In this document: positions 40,059 to 48,966 of the stretch, piece by piece
Position numbering within the stretch: the stretch's first letter is position 1
Layout of the letters: each line of letters opens with the position of its first letter
Assembly (NCBI GenBank): GCA_036517395.1
Contig: DATDWN010000001.1
Location: forward strand, 1-59,163
Source: Minisyncoccota bacterium
GTDB lineage: Bacteria; Patescibacteriota; Minisyncoccia; Phycocordibacterales; DATDWN01
Length of the DNA: 59,163 nucleotides
Direction of reading: 5' to 3'
Program-made: the position numbers and the translations under genes
Notes under the pieces: generated by a model
The model's database searches: none
Seen by the model: only the letters and a program-made list of their open reading frames with translations
Told to the model about the DNA's origin: nothing

Positions 40059-40077
40059 CCCTATGTCGGACTTAGGG
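40059..40077. repeat. REP-like palindrome (copy d, upstream of the RAYT-like gene)
   Basis: CCCTATGTC-G-GACTTAGGG, with one arm mismatch. Confidence 0.75.
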
Positions 40078-40137
40078 AATAAAAGGATAAGAGTGTGTAT
40101 AAATGTATGCCTATAGATAGGTGGTGTGGTACAATTA

Positions 40138-40275
40138 ATCCGAACACTAAATTTGGCATCGTTGCATCGTGTTTTCACAAAAATCCCTGATTACTAAAAT
40201 TTGATCAGAAAATCATATCTTGTGACTAATATATAACAAGCAACAAAAACACAATGCCAAAATTAGTGTGCGGAT
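40138..40275 (+). repeat. Family B hairpin element (copy 2)
   Basis: ATCCGAACACTAAATTTGGCAT... / ...ATGCCAAAATTAGTGTGCGGAT. ATG of 40278 is 2 nt downstream. Confidence 0.75.
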
Positions 40276-40277
40276 AA

Positions 40278-41273
40278 ATGCGTTACTCTATTTTTCTACT
40301 ACTCATCGTCTTCAGTTTTGGGCTTTTTAATATGGCAGTGGCTCAAGTCGGGACAGACCTAAATAAGACAGTTGTGGACGTCACTTTGACTCCAGAAAAC
40401 CCTAAACCGCTTGGTCAGGCCTACCTATCTCTCACCAGTTACGGGACGGACTTAAATTCAGCAAATATTACGTGGAATATAAATGGTAAAACTCTAAAAA
40501 CAGGAGTAGGAGAGAAGAATTTCAGCTTTACGGTCGGTGATATAAATACCACAACCGTAGTAGATATAATTATAAAAACAAAAGAGGGAGAGATTGTGAA
40601 TAAAACTCTCAATATAAAACCAAGTGCGGTTGATTTGATCTGGCAAGCGGAGGCTTTTGTACCTCCTTTTTATAAAGGCAAGACGCTTTTCAGCCATCAG
40701 GACTATATAACCTTCATCGCTATACCCCATATTATTTCACCCTCTGGTTCTGAATTTCCAACCAACAGTCTTATATATAAATGGAAAAAGAATGGCACTG
40801 TAATCGATTATACCTCCGGTTTTGGCAAAAATACATATTCATTTACCGGACCTCTTATATCAAGACCGTTCACTATAGAGGTGGAGGTTACCACACAAAA
40901 CACGGATGATGTTGGTTATGCTAGTACTTCAGTCCAGCCTGTTGATCCGTCAATCCTATTTTACGCCAAAAACCCTATATATGGCATACAATTCCAAAAA
41001 GCTCTGCAAGGAAGTGTAAATCTCAATCCAGCCAAAGAGATAAACGTGGTAGCTATGCCTTATTTCTTTGGGTCACTCGATCCGACCTCTTCAGCCTTGA
41101 CTTATAAATGGGCCATAAACGGCGCGCCAATAAACAACGGAAATCTGATGGAGCAAGTTTTCCGGCATGTAGAGGGGACTTCTGGCACATCAAATATCTC
41201 ACTTTCGATAGAAAACAGTAGTAAAATACTTCAGTATGCGTCCCAAAGTTTTGCTTTGAGTTTTGGAAAATAA
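40278..41273 (+). CDS. Secreted protein, unknown function
   Basis: 331-aa ORF, signal peptide MRYSIFLLLIVFSFGLFNMAVA-Q. Confidence 0.7.
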   Translation: MRYSIFLLLIVFSFGLFNMAVAQVGTDLNKTVVDVTLTPENPKPLGQAYLSLTSYGTDLNSANITWNINGKTLKTGVGEKNFSFTVGDINTTTVVDIIIKTKEGEIVNKTLNIKPSAVDLIWQAEAFVPPFYKGKTLFSHQDYITFIAIPHIISPSGSEFPTNSLIYKWKKNGTVIDYTSGFGKNTYSFTGPLISRPFTIEVEVTTQNTDDVGYASTSVQPVDPSILFYAKNPIYGIQFQKALQGSVNLNPAKEINVVAMPYFFGSLDPTSSALTYKWAINGAPINNGNLMEQVFRHVEGTSGTSNISLSIENSSKILQYASQSFALSFGK

Positions 41274-41274
41274 A

Positions 41275-42144
41275 ATGAAAACAAAGACCCAAAAAATAAT
41301 TTTCTTCTCGATATTGGTGATGATGTTGTCTTTGTCCACCGTGACTTATGCGCTTAATGACTATACAGTCTTAGCTCCACTGCCCGGCATTGGAGATGCC
41401 ACAGGAAAAACCGACTTAACAACATATATCCCCGCCGCTTTCAAATTTGGCATAGGTTTAGCGGCTGTCATGGCCTTTGTCATGATTACATTTGGAGGAA
41501 TCATGTATGCAACATCGGATGCTATCACTGGTAAGTCACAGGGACGAGAATACATTGAACACGCCTTGTGGGGACTAATTTTAGTTATTGGAGCCTATGT
41601 TCTTTTATACACCATAAATCCGAAAATTTTGTCGTTTGATCTCACGCTTCAAAAGCCGAATATAGCGAAAGGAGTACCCACAGCGACCACTACCTCTCCT
41701 GGAGGAGTAGGAACTCCACCAACAGCAGAGCAAATTGCAGCTGATGCGGCTGTAAGAGCAAGACTTGCGGGAATAAATGTAAACCATCCTAACCCATGTG
41801 GTAGTGGACAAACTAGGGGATGCACGAGCTTAGACGGATTGCACGAATCGGCGATTCAAGGATTGCTGACTCTAAAATCAAGCTCGGGCTGTGGTTGCGC
41901 GATAACTATAACAGGTGGAACTGAGGATGGACATTTGTCTCATGGTGTTGGCATAGCAACAGTTGACCTGTCGAAGGGTTCTGGTTTAGATGCCTTTGTA
42001 GCAAAAAATAAAACAGGAACTGAGCTAACAAGATTTGGTCCTGTTTATACGGTTCACTTAAGTAGTGGCCGAATCGTTAAATTTTTAGATGAAAGTGGTA
42101 GTGAACCCGGATCAACTGGTAACCACTGGCATGTGGTATTTTAA
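41275..42144 (+). CDS. T4SS pilin-like protein fused to a putative LAS-type (M15-like) zinc peptidase domain
   Basis: Signal peptide. Two-TM pilin-like core (FKFGIGLAAVMAFVMITFGGIMY...ALWGLILVIGAYVLLYTINP). C-terminal SHGVGIATVD and GNHWHVVF motifs resemble the H/D and HxH zinc ligands of LAS peptidases. Confidence 0.6.
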   Translation: MKTKTQKIIFFSILVMMLSLSTVTYALNDYTVLAPLPGIGDATGKTDLTTYIPAAFKFGIGLAAVMAFVMITFGGIMYATSDAITGKSQGREYIEHALWGLILVIGAYVLLYTINPKILSFDLTLQKPNIAKGVPTATTTSPGGVGTPPTAEQIAADAAVRARLAGINVNHPNPCGSGQTRGCTSLDGLHESAIQGLLTLKSSSGCGCAITITGGTEDGHLSHGVGIATVDLSKGSGLDAFVAKNKTGTELTRFGPVYTVHLSSGRIVKFLDESGSEPGSTGNHWHVVF

Positions 42145-42153
42145 TAAAAAGTT

Positions 42154-43392
42154 ATGTCAAAAAAACTATTTATATTTATTCTTTCTCTGGCTCTGGTACT
42201 GATTTTCGTAGGTTTGATTGGTTATTACTTTTTAATTCAAAACAACAACGGCACAACAAACGGAACAACCATTGGATTCAGAAGTTTTTTTCCTTTTGGT
42301 GGAACAGACAACCCAGTGAGAACGGCAACCACAACGCAAAACGAACCAACAGTACCGCCTCCCACAGACTATACAAAAAAGCTGAGACTGCTTTCCATTG
42401 AACCCGTGGCTGGAGCGGGAGTTTTGGATATTAAGAGCGCCACAAGTACTGGAGTGGGCACTCTGGTACGCTATATAGAAAAAGCCACCGGACACATATT
42501 TGAAGTGGAACTATTCTCGCCGGACCAGAACCGCATATCAAACACCACTATCCCTCTTGTCTACAATGCATTATGGGGTAGTAAAAATGCTTATCTTGTC
42601 GCCCAATACTTGAAGGACGATGACCAAACAATCGATACTTATTCACTGGCTATTAAAAGTGGAGCAGCGACGACCTCAGAACAAAACGTCTCGGCTACTC
42701 TCTTTTCTCAAAAAATAAACGAGGTCTCTGTTTTGGGGGATAGCGTCTTTTATCTTGAGCAAAACGACGCGGGCTCTCAAGGCTACGTTTCAAACTTTGC
42801 TGGTACAAAAAGAGCACAGATATGGAATTCTCCGATAAAGGAACTTCTTTCACAGTTTGTAAACAATAAAACAGTAGCCCTAACTACAAAACCAGCCCAG
42901 GGTATAAGTGGTTTTCTTTATTTTGTTGATACCGGATCGGGCCAAGTCAAAAAGATTCTTGGAGACATCTCTGGACTTTCTACTCTAACAAATTCTGCCG
43001 CCACACAAATTTTGTATCTTGAAGGGGTTGGGCAAAGCAATCTTTTTTTATTTGATACAAAGTCCAAGTCGACATCGCAGATCACCCCAACAACTTTCCC
43101 TGAAAAATGTGCGTGGAGCAAGTTGGATAAAAACATTATCTACTGTGCCGTACCAAGAGAGAGCCTAGATGGTAGCGGTCTAACAAACTGGTATAAAGGC
43201 CTCATCTCCTTGACTGATGATATTTGGAAATATGATCTAAAAAACAATACTTCCTCACTTATTGAAAACTTGAGCGACGAGTCAGGCAGAAATATAGATG
43301 TCATAAAACCGATACTATCTGAAAACGAGCAGTATTTAGTTTTTATAAACAAGATTGATGACAGCTTGTGGAGTCTAGATTTAACTAAATAA
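42154..43392 (+). CDS. Membrane-anchored protein, unknown function
   Basis: 412-aa ORF, N-terminal TM LFIFILSLALVLIFVGLIGYYFL. Confidence 0.7.
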   Translation: MSKKLFIFILSLALVLIFVGLIGYYFLIQNNNGTTNGTTIGFRSFFPFGGTDNPVRTATTTQNEPTVPPPTDYTKKLRLLSIEPVAGAGVLDIKSATSTGVGTLVRYIEKATGHIFEVELFSPDQNRISNTTIPLVYNALWGSKNAYLVAQYLKDDDQTIDTYSLAIKSGAATTSEQNVSATLFSQKINEVSVLGDSVFYLEQNDAGSQGYVSNFAGTKRAQIWNSPIKELLSQFVNNKTVALTTKPAQGISGFLYFVDTGSGQVKKILGDISGLSTLTNSAATQILYLEGVGQSNLFLFDTKSKSTSQITPTTFPEKCAWSKLDKNIIYCAVPRESLDGSGLTNWYKGLISLTDDIWKYDLKNNTSSLIENLSDESGRNIDVIKPILSENEQYLVFINKIDDSLWSLDLTK

Positions 43393-43505
43393 TTTTCAAT
43401 TTTCAGTTCTCAATTTTCATTGAATTTACAATGAATTAATTTTCAAATTGAATCAATTGAACATTGAGAATTGATTGGAAATTGCAAAATTGAAAATTGA
43501 AAATT
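43391..43505. repeat. Family A palindromic intergenic element (copy 4)
   Basis: Nearly identical to copy 5 (44594..44708). Confidence 0.8.
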
Positions 43506-44230
43506 TAGACAACTATTGTTGTCTTATGGTATTTTTTCTTTATATAAAGCTCCTGACCAATAGCAAATAAGTTACTGGTGATAAGGTACAGAGCCACGGC
43601 TCCAGAAATAATATAAGAAATATAAGCCATAAAGACGGGCAATATATATTTCATTTGCACAGCCATAGCCTTGGCCAAATCACCTTGTTTGGAAGTATTG
43701 CCTTTTGTCTGGAGTGGTGAGGCAAAACTAGCCTGAAAATAGGTCGTGATGCCGGCCAATAGGGCCAAGACTAGGCTTTTGTGAGATATGTCTATGAGGT
43801 TAAGAAAAAGCATGTTTACCACGAGAGGAGCCGACACGAACGAATACAAAAGTGCAGTGTTTATAGCGGGCAGACCTGATTTGATAAAAACTTGATAAAC
43901 CCCGATAAGAATAGGCAGTTGGATGAGCAGTATGAAAATGCTGGAAAAAGGATTGATGCCGTGCTCTTTGTAATATTCTAGTTGTTTCCTGCCATACTCC
44001 TCTTTATTGTCTTTGTGCTTTTCCTTTATATCATTGAGATTTTTCTCATGGCTCTTCATTTCCATCTGAGCAATAGAGGCCTTGATCGACAGTGGTAGCA
44101 GTACTAGTTTAGTTATAATTGTGAAAATTATAATGATTACTCCAGCATCGAGAAAAGGCAGTGAACCAATAAGAAAAATGAAGGCGTTGTAAAAAGGCTG
44201 ATATATTGTTGCGTTGAAAAAAGCGGACAT
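43505..44230 (-). CDS. yidC: YidC/Oxa1 family membrane insertase
   Basis: 241-aa ORF. Short YidC typical of Gram-positive/CPR. Conserved position downstream of rnpA. Confidence 0.85.
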   Translation of the reverse strand: MSAFFNATIYQPFYNAFIFLIGSLPFLDAGVIIIIFTIITKLVLLPLSIKASIAQMEMKSHEKNLNDIKEKHKDNKEEYGRKQLEYYKEHGINPFSSIFILLIQLPILIGVYQVFIKSGLPAINTALLYSFVSAPLVVNMLFLNLIDISHKSLVLALLAGITTYFQASFASPLQTKGNTSKQGDLAKAMAVQMKYILPVFMAYISYIISGAVALYLITSNLFAIGQELYIKKKYHKTTIVV

Positions 44231-44237
44231 CTGGGGA

Positions 44238-44585
44238 TTATAACACAGAAGAAGTCTCGAGTAACTCTTTTATCTCTCCGTGTAAAACATCAAAAGTTGG
44301 TTTTGTTTTAGATTTCTTGAAAGAGAAAAAGCAAAAAAATCCGCCTTTGGTTTGTTTTAGGTATTTGGAAACAACAGAATAGCCTCGTCTGCGATATTTG
44401 TTTCTGTCAGAGGCCAGAGGAGAAACTTTTTTGGAGAGTGAAAAGGAGAACCTGCTTTGTTTACTCTTTATAATAGAATCAATCGGACAAATATAAAGGA
44501 TCAAGTGCTCCGAATTATATCTTTTGGCGTTTTTTAGAATATAGGGAAAGTACTGTTTTGGAATTCTTTTGTTTTTGGGAAGCAT
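44238..44585 (-). CDS. rnpA: Ribonuclease P protein component
   Basis: 115-aa basic ORF between rpmH and yidC. N-terminal LPKNKRI motif. Confidence 0.8.
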   Translation of the reverse strand: MLPKNKRIPKQYFPYILKNAKRYNSEHLILYICPIDSIIKSKQSRFSFSLSKKVSPLASDRNKYRRRGYSVVSKYLKQTKGGFFCFFSFKKSKTKPTFDVLHGEIKELLETSSVL

Positions 44586-44593
44586 AATATAAA

Positions 44594-44708
44594 AATTTTC
44601 AATTTTCAGTTCTCAATTTTCATTGAATTTACAATGAATTAATTTTCAAATTGAATCAATTGAACATTAAGAATTGGTTGGAAATTGTAAATTGCAAAAT
44701 TGAAAATT
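44594..44708. repeat. Family A palindromic intergenic element (copy 5)
   Basis: AATTTTCAATTTTCAGTTCTCAATTTTCATTGAATTTACAATGAATTAATTTTCAAATTGAATCAATTGAACATTAAGAATTGG... Confidence 0.8.
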
Positions 44709-44844
44709 AGACTGTAGACAGTCGTTCTCGGCCTTTTCTCCTGCGTCGCAAGATGGTATTCCTGCCTGTTTTTGATTTGCTTCGAACTAGAAAGCCGTGG
44801 GCTTTTGCTCTTTTTCTCTTTTTTGGTTGATATGTTTGAGACAT
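44707..44844 (-). CDS. rpmH: 50S ribosomal protein L34
   Basis: [45 protein letters not shown]. Internal start of ORF 44707..44901. Confidence 0.9.
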   Translation of the reverse strand: MSQTYQPKKRKRAKAHGFLVRSKSKTGRNTILRRRRKGRERLSTV

Positions 44845-44853
44845 GATGTTTAA

Positions 44854-44946
44854 GTTAAAAGTAACAAGTTTAAAGTGTGAAAGTATGAAAGGAGAAAACA
44901 TGAAAAAGGGTTGACACTTTTAACTTTCTACTTTCACACTTTTTAC
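44854..44946. repeat. Family C (GTGTGAAAGT) hairpin without cargo
   Basis: GTTAAAAGTAACAAGTTTAAAGTGTGAAAGTATGAAAGG ... CACTTTTAACTTTCTACTTTCACACTTTTTAC. Same arm motifs as the arms enclosing the four-helix-bundle gene. Confidence 0.7.
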
Positions 44947-45034
44947 TATCCACTTCTTATCCCCATATTACTAACATATCCGTGGTCTTTTAACAAGTAT
45001 GATATTTTTTTATTCACTATATAATGTAGCCACT

Positions 45035-46372
45035 ATGGATAGTAAAAAACTTTGGGATAGCGTTTTGGTAGAGATGGAACTTTCTCTCTCTAAACCAAAT
45101 TTCAACACATGGTTTAAAGACACGTCTATAATAAAGCAGGAAGAGAGTGCTGTAACACTGGCTGTTCCAAACACCTTTGTCCAGGACTGGCTAGGAAGCA
45201 AGTTTCACAACCTTATTCTAAAGGCCCTGCGCAACAACTCTCCAAGCATCCAATCCCTACACTATACCATCTCAAAAGAGCCTATGGTCGACAAGCAGGT
45301 GGTGGAAAAGGTACTACAAACCAACAAAGAGCTTCCCATCGCTGACATATACATAAACAAAGACGACAACCTAAATCCACGCTATACATTTGAGACTTTT
45401 GTTGTTGGACCATTCAACGAGTTCGCTCACGCGGCCAGCCAAGCTATTATCAAAAAACCTGGAATTGTTTACAACCCGCTTTTTATTTATGGAGGAACGG
45501 GACATGGAAAAACTCACCTAATCCAAGCCGTTGGCAACCACATAAAAAACACCAGTAATAGAAAAGTCTTCTACACCACCTCGGAAAAATTTTCTCAAGA
45601 GTTTGTTAACGCTCTAACCACAAACAAACCGAACTTCTTTAAGGAAAAATACAGAAAATACGATGTTTTGATCATGGATGATATTCAGTTTTTCTCCGGC
45701 AAAATGAAAATCCAAGAAGAGCTGTTTCATCTCTTTAACCATCTCTATGACAACAACAGGCAAATTATTTTTTCCTCAGACAAACACCCTGGATTAATTC
45801 AAGACCTGGAAGACAGGCTAAAATCAAGGTTTAGCGCGGGAATGATCGTTGATATACCCACTCCAGACAACGAGTCACGAGCGGCTATTATTAGATCAAA
45901 ATCGAGTGGTAGTCATTACTCCTTGTCCAAGGAAGTGGTGGACTATTTGGCTTTTTCTGTTGTTGGAAACATAAGAGAGCTTGAGGGTATAATCAACTCA
46001 ATAACCTGCCAAGCCCAGCTCAAAAATCGAGAAGTGACCCTGTCTGAAGTAAAAAATCTTGTAAAAAACAATACTAAACCCAAAAAGCTCGTCTCAACAA
46101 AAGAGGTTATTAAAACCGTGGCTGAGTTTTATAATATAGAGGAACAATTAATCTATGACAAAACTCGCAAAAAGGAGATTATTAAACCTAGACAAATAAT
46201 TATGTATATTCTGCGTGAAGACTTTAATATCTCTTATCCGGCTATAGGAGAAAAACTGGGTGGTCGAGATCACACCACCGTAATGCATTCCTGTGAGAAG
46301 ATAAAAAACGATATGGCTAGAGATGATGTTCTGGTGCAAGAAATAAATCAGTTGAGGTCTATATTTGTTTAG
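45035..46372 (+). CDS. dnaA: Chromosomal replication initiator DnaA
   Basis: Walker A GGTGHGKTHL, box VII/sensor motifs, C-terminal DNA-binding GGRDHTTVMHSCEKI. Start at MDSKKLW. Confidence 0.9.
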   Translation: MDSKKLWDSVLVEMELSLSKPNFNTWFKDTSIIKQEESAVTLAVPNTFVQDWLGSKFHNLILKALRNNSPSIQSLHYTISKEPMVDKQVVEKVLQTNKELPIADIYINKDDNLNPRYTFETFVVGPFNEFAHAASQAIIKKPGIVYNPLFIYGGTGHGKTHLIQAVGNHIKNTSNRKVFYTTSEKFSQEFVNALTTNKPNFFKEKYRKYDVLIMDDIQFFSGKMKIQEELFHLFNHLYDNNRQIIFSSDKHPGLIQDLEDRLKSRFSAGMIVDIPTPDNESRAAIIRSKSSGSHYSLSKEVVDYLAFSVVGNIRELEGIINSITCQAQLKNREVTLSEVKNLVKNNTKPKKLVSTKEVIKTVAEFYNIEEQLIYDKTRKKEIIKPRQIIMYILREDFNISYPAIGEKLGGRDHTTVMHSCEKIKNDMARDDVLVQEINQLRSIFV

Positions 46373-46585
46373 ACTTCTCATAATCATAATACTGTGTATA
46401 GTATGTTAATAACCAATACAAAACTCACACAAAAGTTGTTGAAAACACAAAACTATACACACCCAAATCAGGGTTATCCACACACTTAATCATAAAATAT
46501 GGCTTATAATATAAAGAAAATGAGGTATTCCACACAAAAAGCTCTGTATAGTAATAAAATTTTAAAAATGAAATAAAATACTACT
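46373..46585. other. Putative oriC segment between dnaA and dnaN
   Basis: Perfect DnaA box TTATCCACA (46474..46482), TATTCCACA (46526..46534), CTATACACA-type variants, AT-rich context. Confidence 0.6.
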
Positions 46586-47686
46586 ATGAACATCGAATGT
46601 ATAAAAGAAAAGTTAGTCTATGCCATTGGCAAAGCCGAAAGGATCACGGGAAAAAATATAACACTTCCTGTTTTGAGTTGTGTTTTGTTGGAGGCTCATA
46701 ACTCCACCCTAACCATAAAAGCCACAAACCTTGATATTGGTATTGAAATCAGTATCCCCGTGAAGGTTAATCAAGAGGGCAAGATTGCGGTTTCTGGATC
46801 GGTTTTGTACAACTTTATATCAAACATAACAAACGACAAAAATATAGTTTTAGAGGAGGTTTCCGGAAATCTAAAAATATCAACCAAACACTCGGAGTCT
46901 CTCATTAAAACTTTTCCAATCGATGATTTCCCAAACATCCCAAAAGTTTCAAAAGACAAACCGTTTACATTTAATGTTCCACTTCTAATAAAAGGCTTCA
47001 AATCGGTAATGTACAGCTCTTCAGTTTCTACCATAAGACCAGTTTTATCCAGCGTTCTTCTGGCATCCGATGACGATAGTGTGGTTTTTGCCGCAACGGA
47101 TTCATTCAGGCTTTCGGAAAAAATAGTCGGAGTAAAAAAACACAAAGACTTTAGTCAAATTCTAATTCCATTCAAAAATGTCGGGGAAATAATAAGAACA
47201 CTAGAGGATATAAAAGATGATGTAAATGTCTATCTAAATGAAAACCAGATTGCTTTCTCATACAATGATATATATATAACTTCACGGGTCATAGATGGCA
47301 CCTTTCCTGATTATAAACAGATCATTCCAAAGGAAATAAAAACTGAAGTTATTGTTTTGAAGCAGGATTTCATAAGCGCCCTACGCATTTCCAATATTTT
47401 TTCCGATAAATTTAGTCAGGTCACTTTCCACATAGAACCGAAAAACAAGGTATTCAAGATAACCACAAAAAACATAGATGTTGGCGAAAATGTGAACAAC
47501 ATAGACGCGGTTATAAAAGGTGATGATTTGACCATAAGTTTCAATTACAAATACATCATCGACTGCTTCCAGTCGGTCGATTCGGATAGCATATCACTGT
47601 CTTTTTCTGATACAAACAAGCCCATGATAATTCGGGGCGTTGGAGACAAATCATTTTTATATTTGGTTATGCCTATGAATAAATAA
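46586..47686 (+). CDS. dnaN: DNA polymerase III beta sliding clamp
   Basis: 366-aa ORF directly after dnaA. Three-domain length and ATDSFRLSE / MPM C-terminus are typical of DnaN. Confidence 0.9.
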   Translation: MNIECIKEKLVYAIGKAERITGKNITLPVLSCVLLEAHNSTLTIKATNLDIGIEISIPVKVNQEGKIAVSGSVLYNFISNITNDKNIVLEEVSGNLKISTKHSESLIKTFPIDDFPNIPKVSKDKPFTFNVPLLIKGFKSVMYSSSVSTIRPVLSSVLLASDDDSVVFAATDSFRLSEKIVGVKKHKDFSQILIPFKNVGEIIRTLEDIKDDVNVYLNENQIAFSYNDIYITSRVIDGTFPDYKQIIPKEIKTEVIVLKQDFISALRISNIFSDKFSQVTFHIEPKNKVFKITTKNIDVGENVNNIDAVIKGDDLTISFNYKYIIDCFQSVDSDSISLSFSDTNKPMIIRGVGDKSFLYLVMPMNK

Positions 47687-47829
47687 ATGAAAATTAATGA
47701 ACGAAGTGTCTATAATTTTCTTTACCCTGTGAAATAACTTTTACAAAGTAAAAGTTAAAATCTGAAAGATTTTATTTCACAAGGTGGTGATTTTCAAGGA
47801 CTCACTATCGTTCGTTAAGAAAATCAACC

Positions 47830-48084
47830 ATGTTCAACATCTCTTCATTCCTAGACAAGTTTTCAAAAAACGTAGCTGATACAGAATTTCATAAAAAACA
47901 AGTAATAGAAATCATAGAAAAGAATACACAACTAAACATTTCTCCCAAAGATATAGAAATAAAAGATTGTGTTGTTTACATAAAATCCTCTCCTGCAGTA
48001 AAAAACAAAATTTTTATTTTCAAAAATAAAATTTTAGAAAACATTATCAACTCGACTTCCATAAAAATAGTAGATATAAAATAG
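47830..48084 (+). CDS. Small hypothetical protein downstream of dnaN
   Basis: 84-aa ORF. No motif recognised with confidence. Confidence 0.5.
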   Translation: MFNISSFLDKFSKNVADTEFHKKQVIEIIEKNTQLNISPKDIEIKDCVVYIKSSPAVKNKIFIFKNKILENIINSTSIKIVDIK

Positions 48085-48099
48085 CATAAAATACTAACA

Positions 48100-48948
48100 A
48101 TGAAAGCAAGTAAAGTAATTGGTTTTATTGGTCAAGGGTATATTGGTAAAAATTATGCCAATGATTTTGAAGCCCGTGGATATAAAGTTATTCGATATGC
48201 CAAGGAAAAACCATACGACCAAAACAAAGAGGCAATTAAAAAGTGTGATGTTGTTTTTATTGCAGTACCAACACCCACGAGTCCAGATGGATATGATGCA
48301 AGTATTATATACTCCGTACTACCTTTGACAGGAAGGAATAAAATTGTAGTTTTAAAGTCAACTGTATTTCCTGGGCTAACCAGAGAAATACAAAAGGAAT
48401 TTCCAGATAGAATAATCATGCATTCACCAGAATTTTTAAGTGAAGCAACCGCAAGTTATGATGCCTCTCACCCATTTGTAAATATTGTTGGGATAACCAA
48501 GGAAACACCAAAACATAAAAAAGCGGCAAAACTGGTTCATTCTATGTTGGCCAAAGCACCGAAAAGTCTTACCGTAAGAAGCATCGAAGCAGAAATAATA
48601 AAATACTCGCATAACTGCGCTGGCTATACTCAGATAATATTTTTCAATCTCGTATATGATCTTGCACAGAAGATGGGGGCCAATTGGAAAAATATAGAAC
48701 CAGCACTGGTTGCAGACCCGTTTATTCCAAACAGGTATGCCTCACCTATCCATAAAAGTGGCAGAGGTGCTGGAGGACATTGTTTTATAAAAGATTTTGC
48801 CGCTTTTAGAGAAATATATGAAGATATGGTGGGGGACAAGGCGGGTATGAATGTAATAAAAAGTTTGGAAGAGAAAAATAAAACTTTGCTTATTAAAACA
48901 CATAAAGACCTTGAATTGCTAAAAGGAGTCCATGGAAGTTTGATGTAA
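48100..48948 (+). CDS. Nucleotide-sugar dehydrogenase family protein (short form)
   Basis: Rossmann start VIGFIGQGYIGKNYA and catalytic-Cys context GGHCFIKD (compare GGxCxxKD of UDP-glucose dehydrogenases). Lacks the usual C-terminal domain. Confidence 0.65.
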   Translation: MKASKVIGFIGQGYIGKNYANDFEARGYKVIRYAKEKPYDQNKEAIKKCDVVFIAVPTPTSPDGYDASIIYSVLPLTGRNKIVVLKSTVFPGLTREIQKEFPDRIIMHSPEFLSEATASYDASHPFVNIVGITKETPKHKKAAKLVHSMLAKAPKSLTVRSIEAEIIKYSHNCAGYTQIIFFNLVYDLAQKMGANWKNIEPALVADPFIPNRYASPIHKSGRGAGGHCFIKDFAAFREIYEDMVGDKAGMNVIKSLEEKNKTLLIKTHKDLELLKGVHGSLM

Positions 48949-48966
48949 TCTCGTTTGAGTAGGATT

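Noticed and set aside
10508-43392. Calling the XerC-like recombinase plus T4SS-like cluster an integrative conjugative element
   Set aside because: The recombinase is 16 kb away and separated by core genes (rpsO, comM, pcrA, rsmA). It looks like a housekeeping XerC/D. No relaxase, coupling protein or att-like direct repeats were seen.
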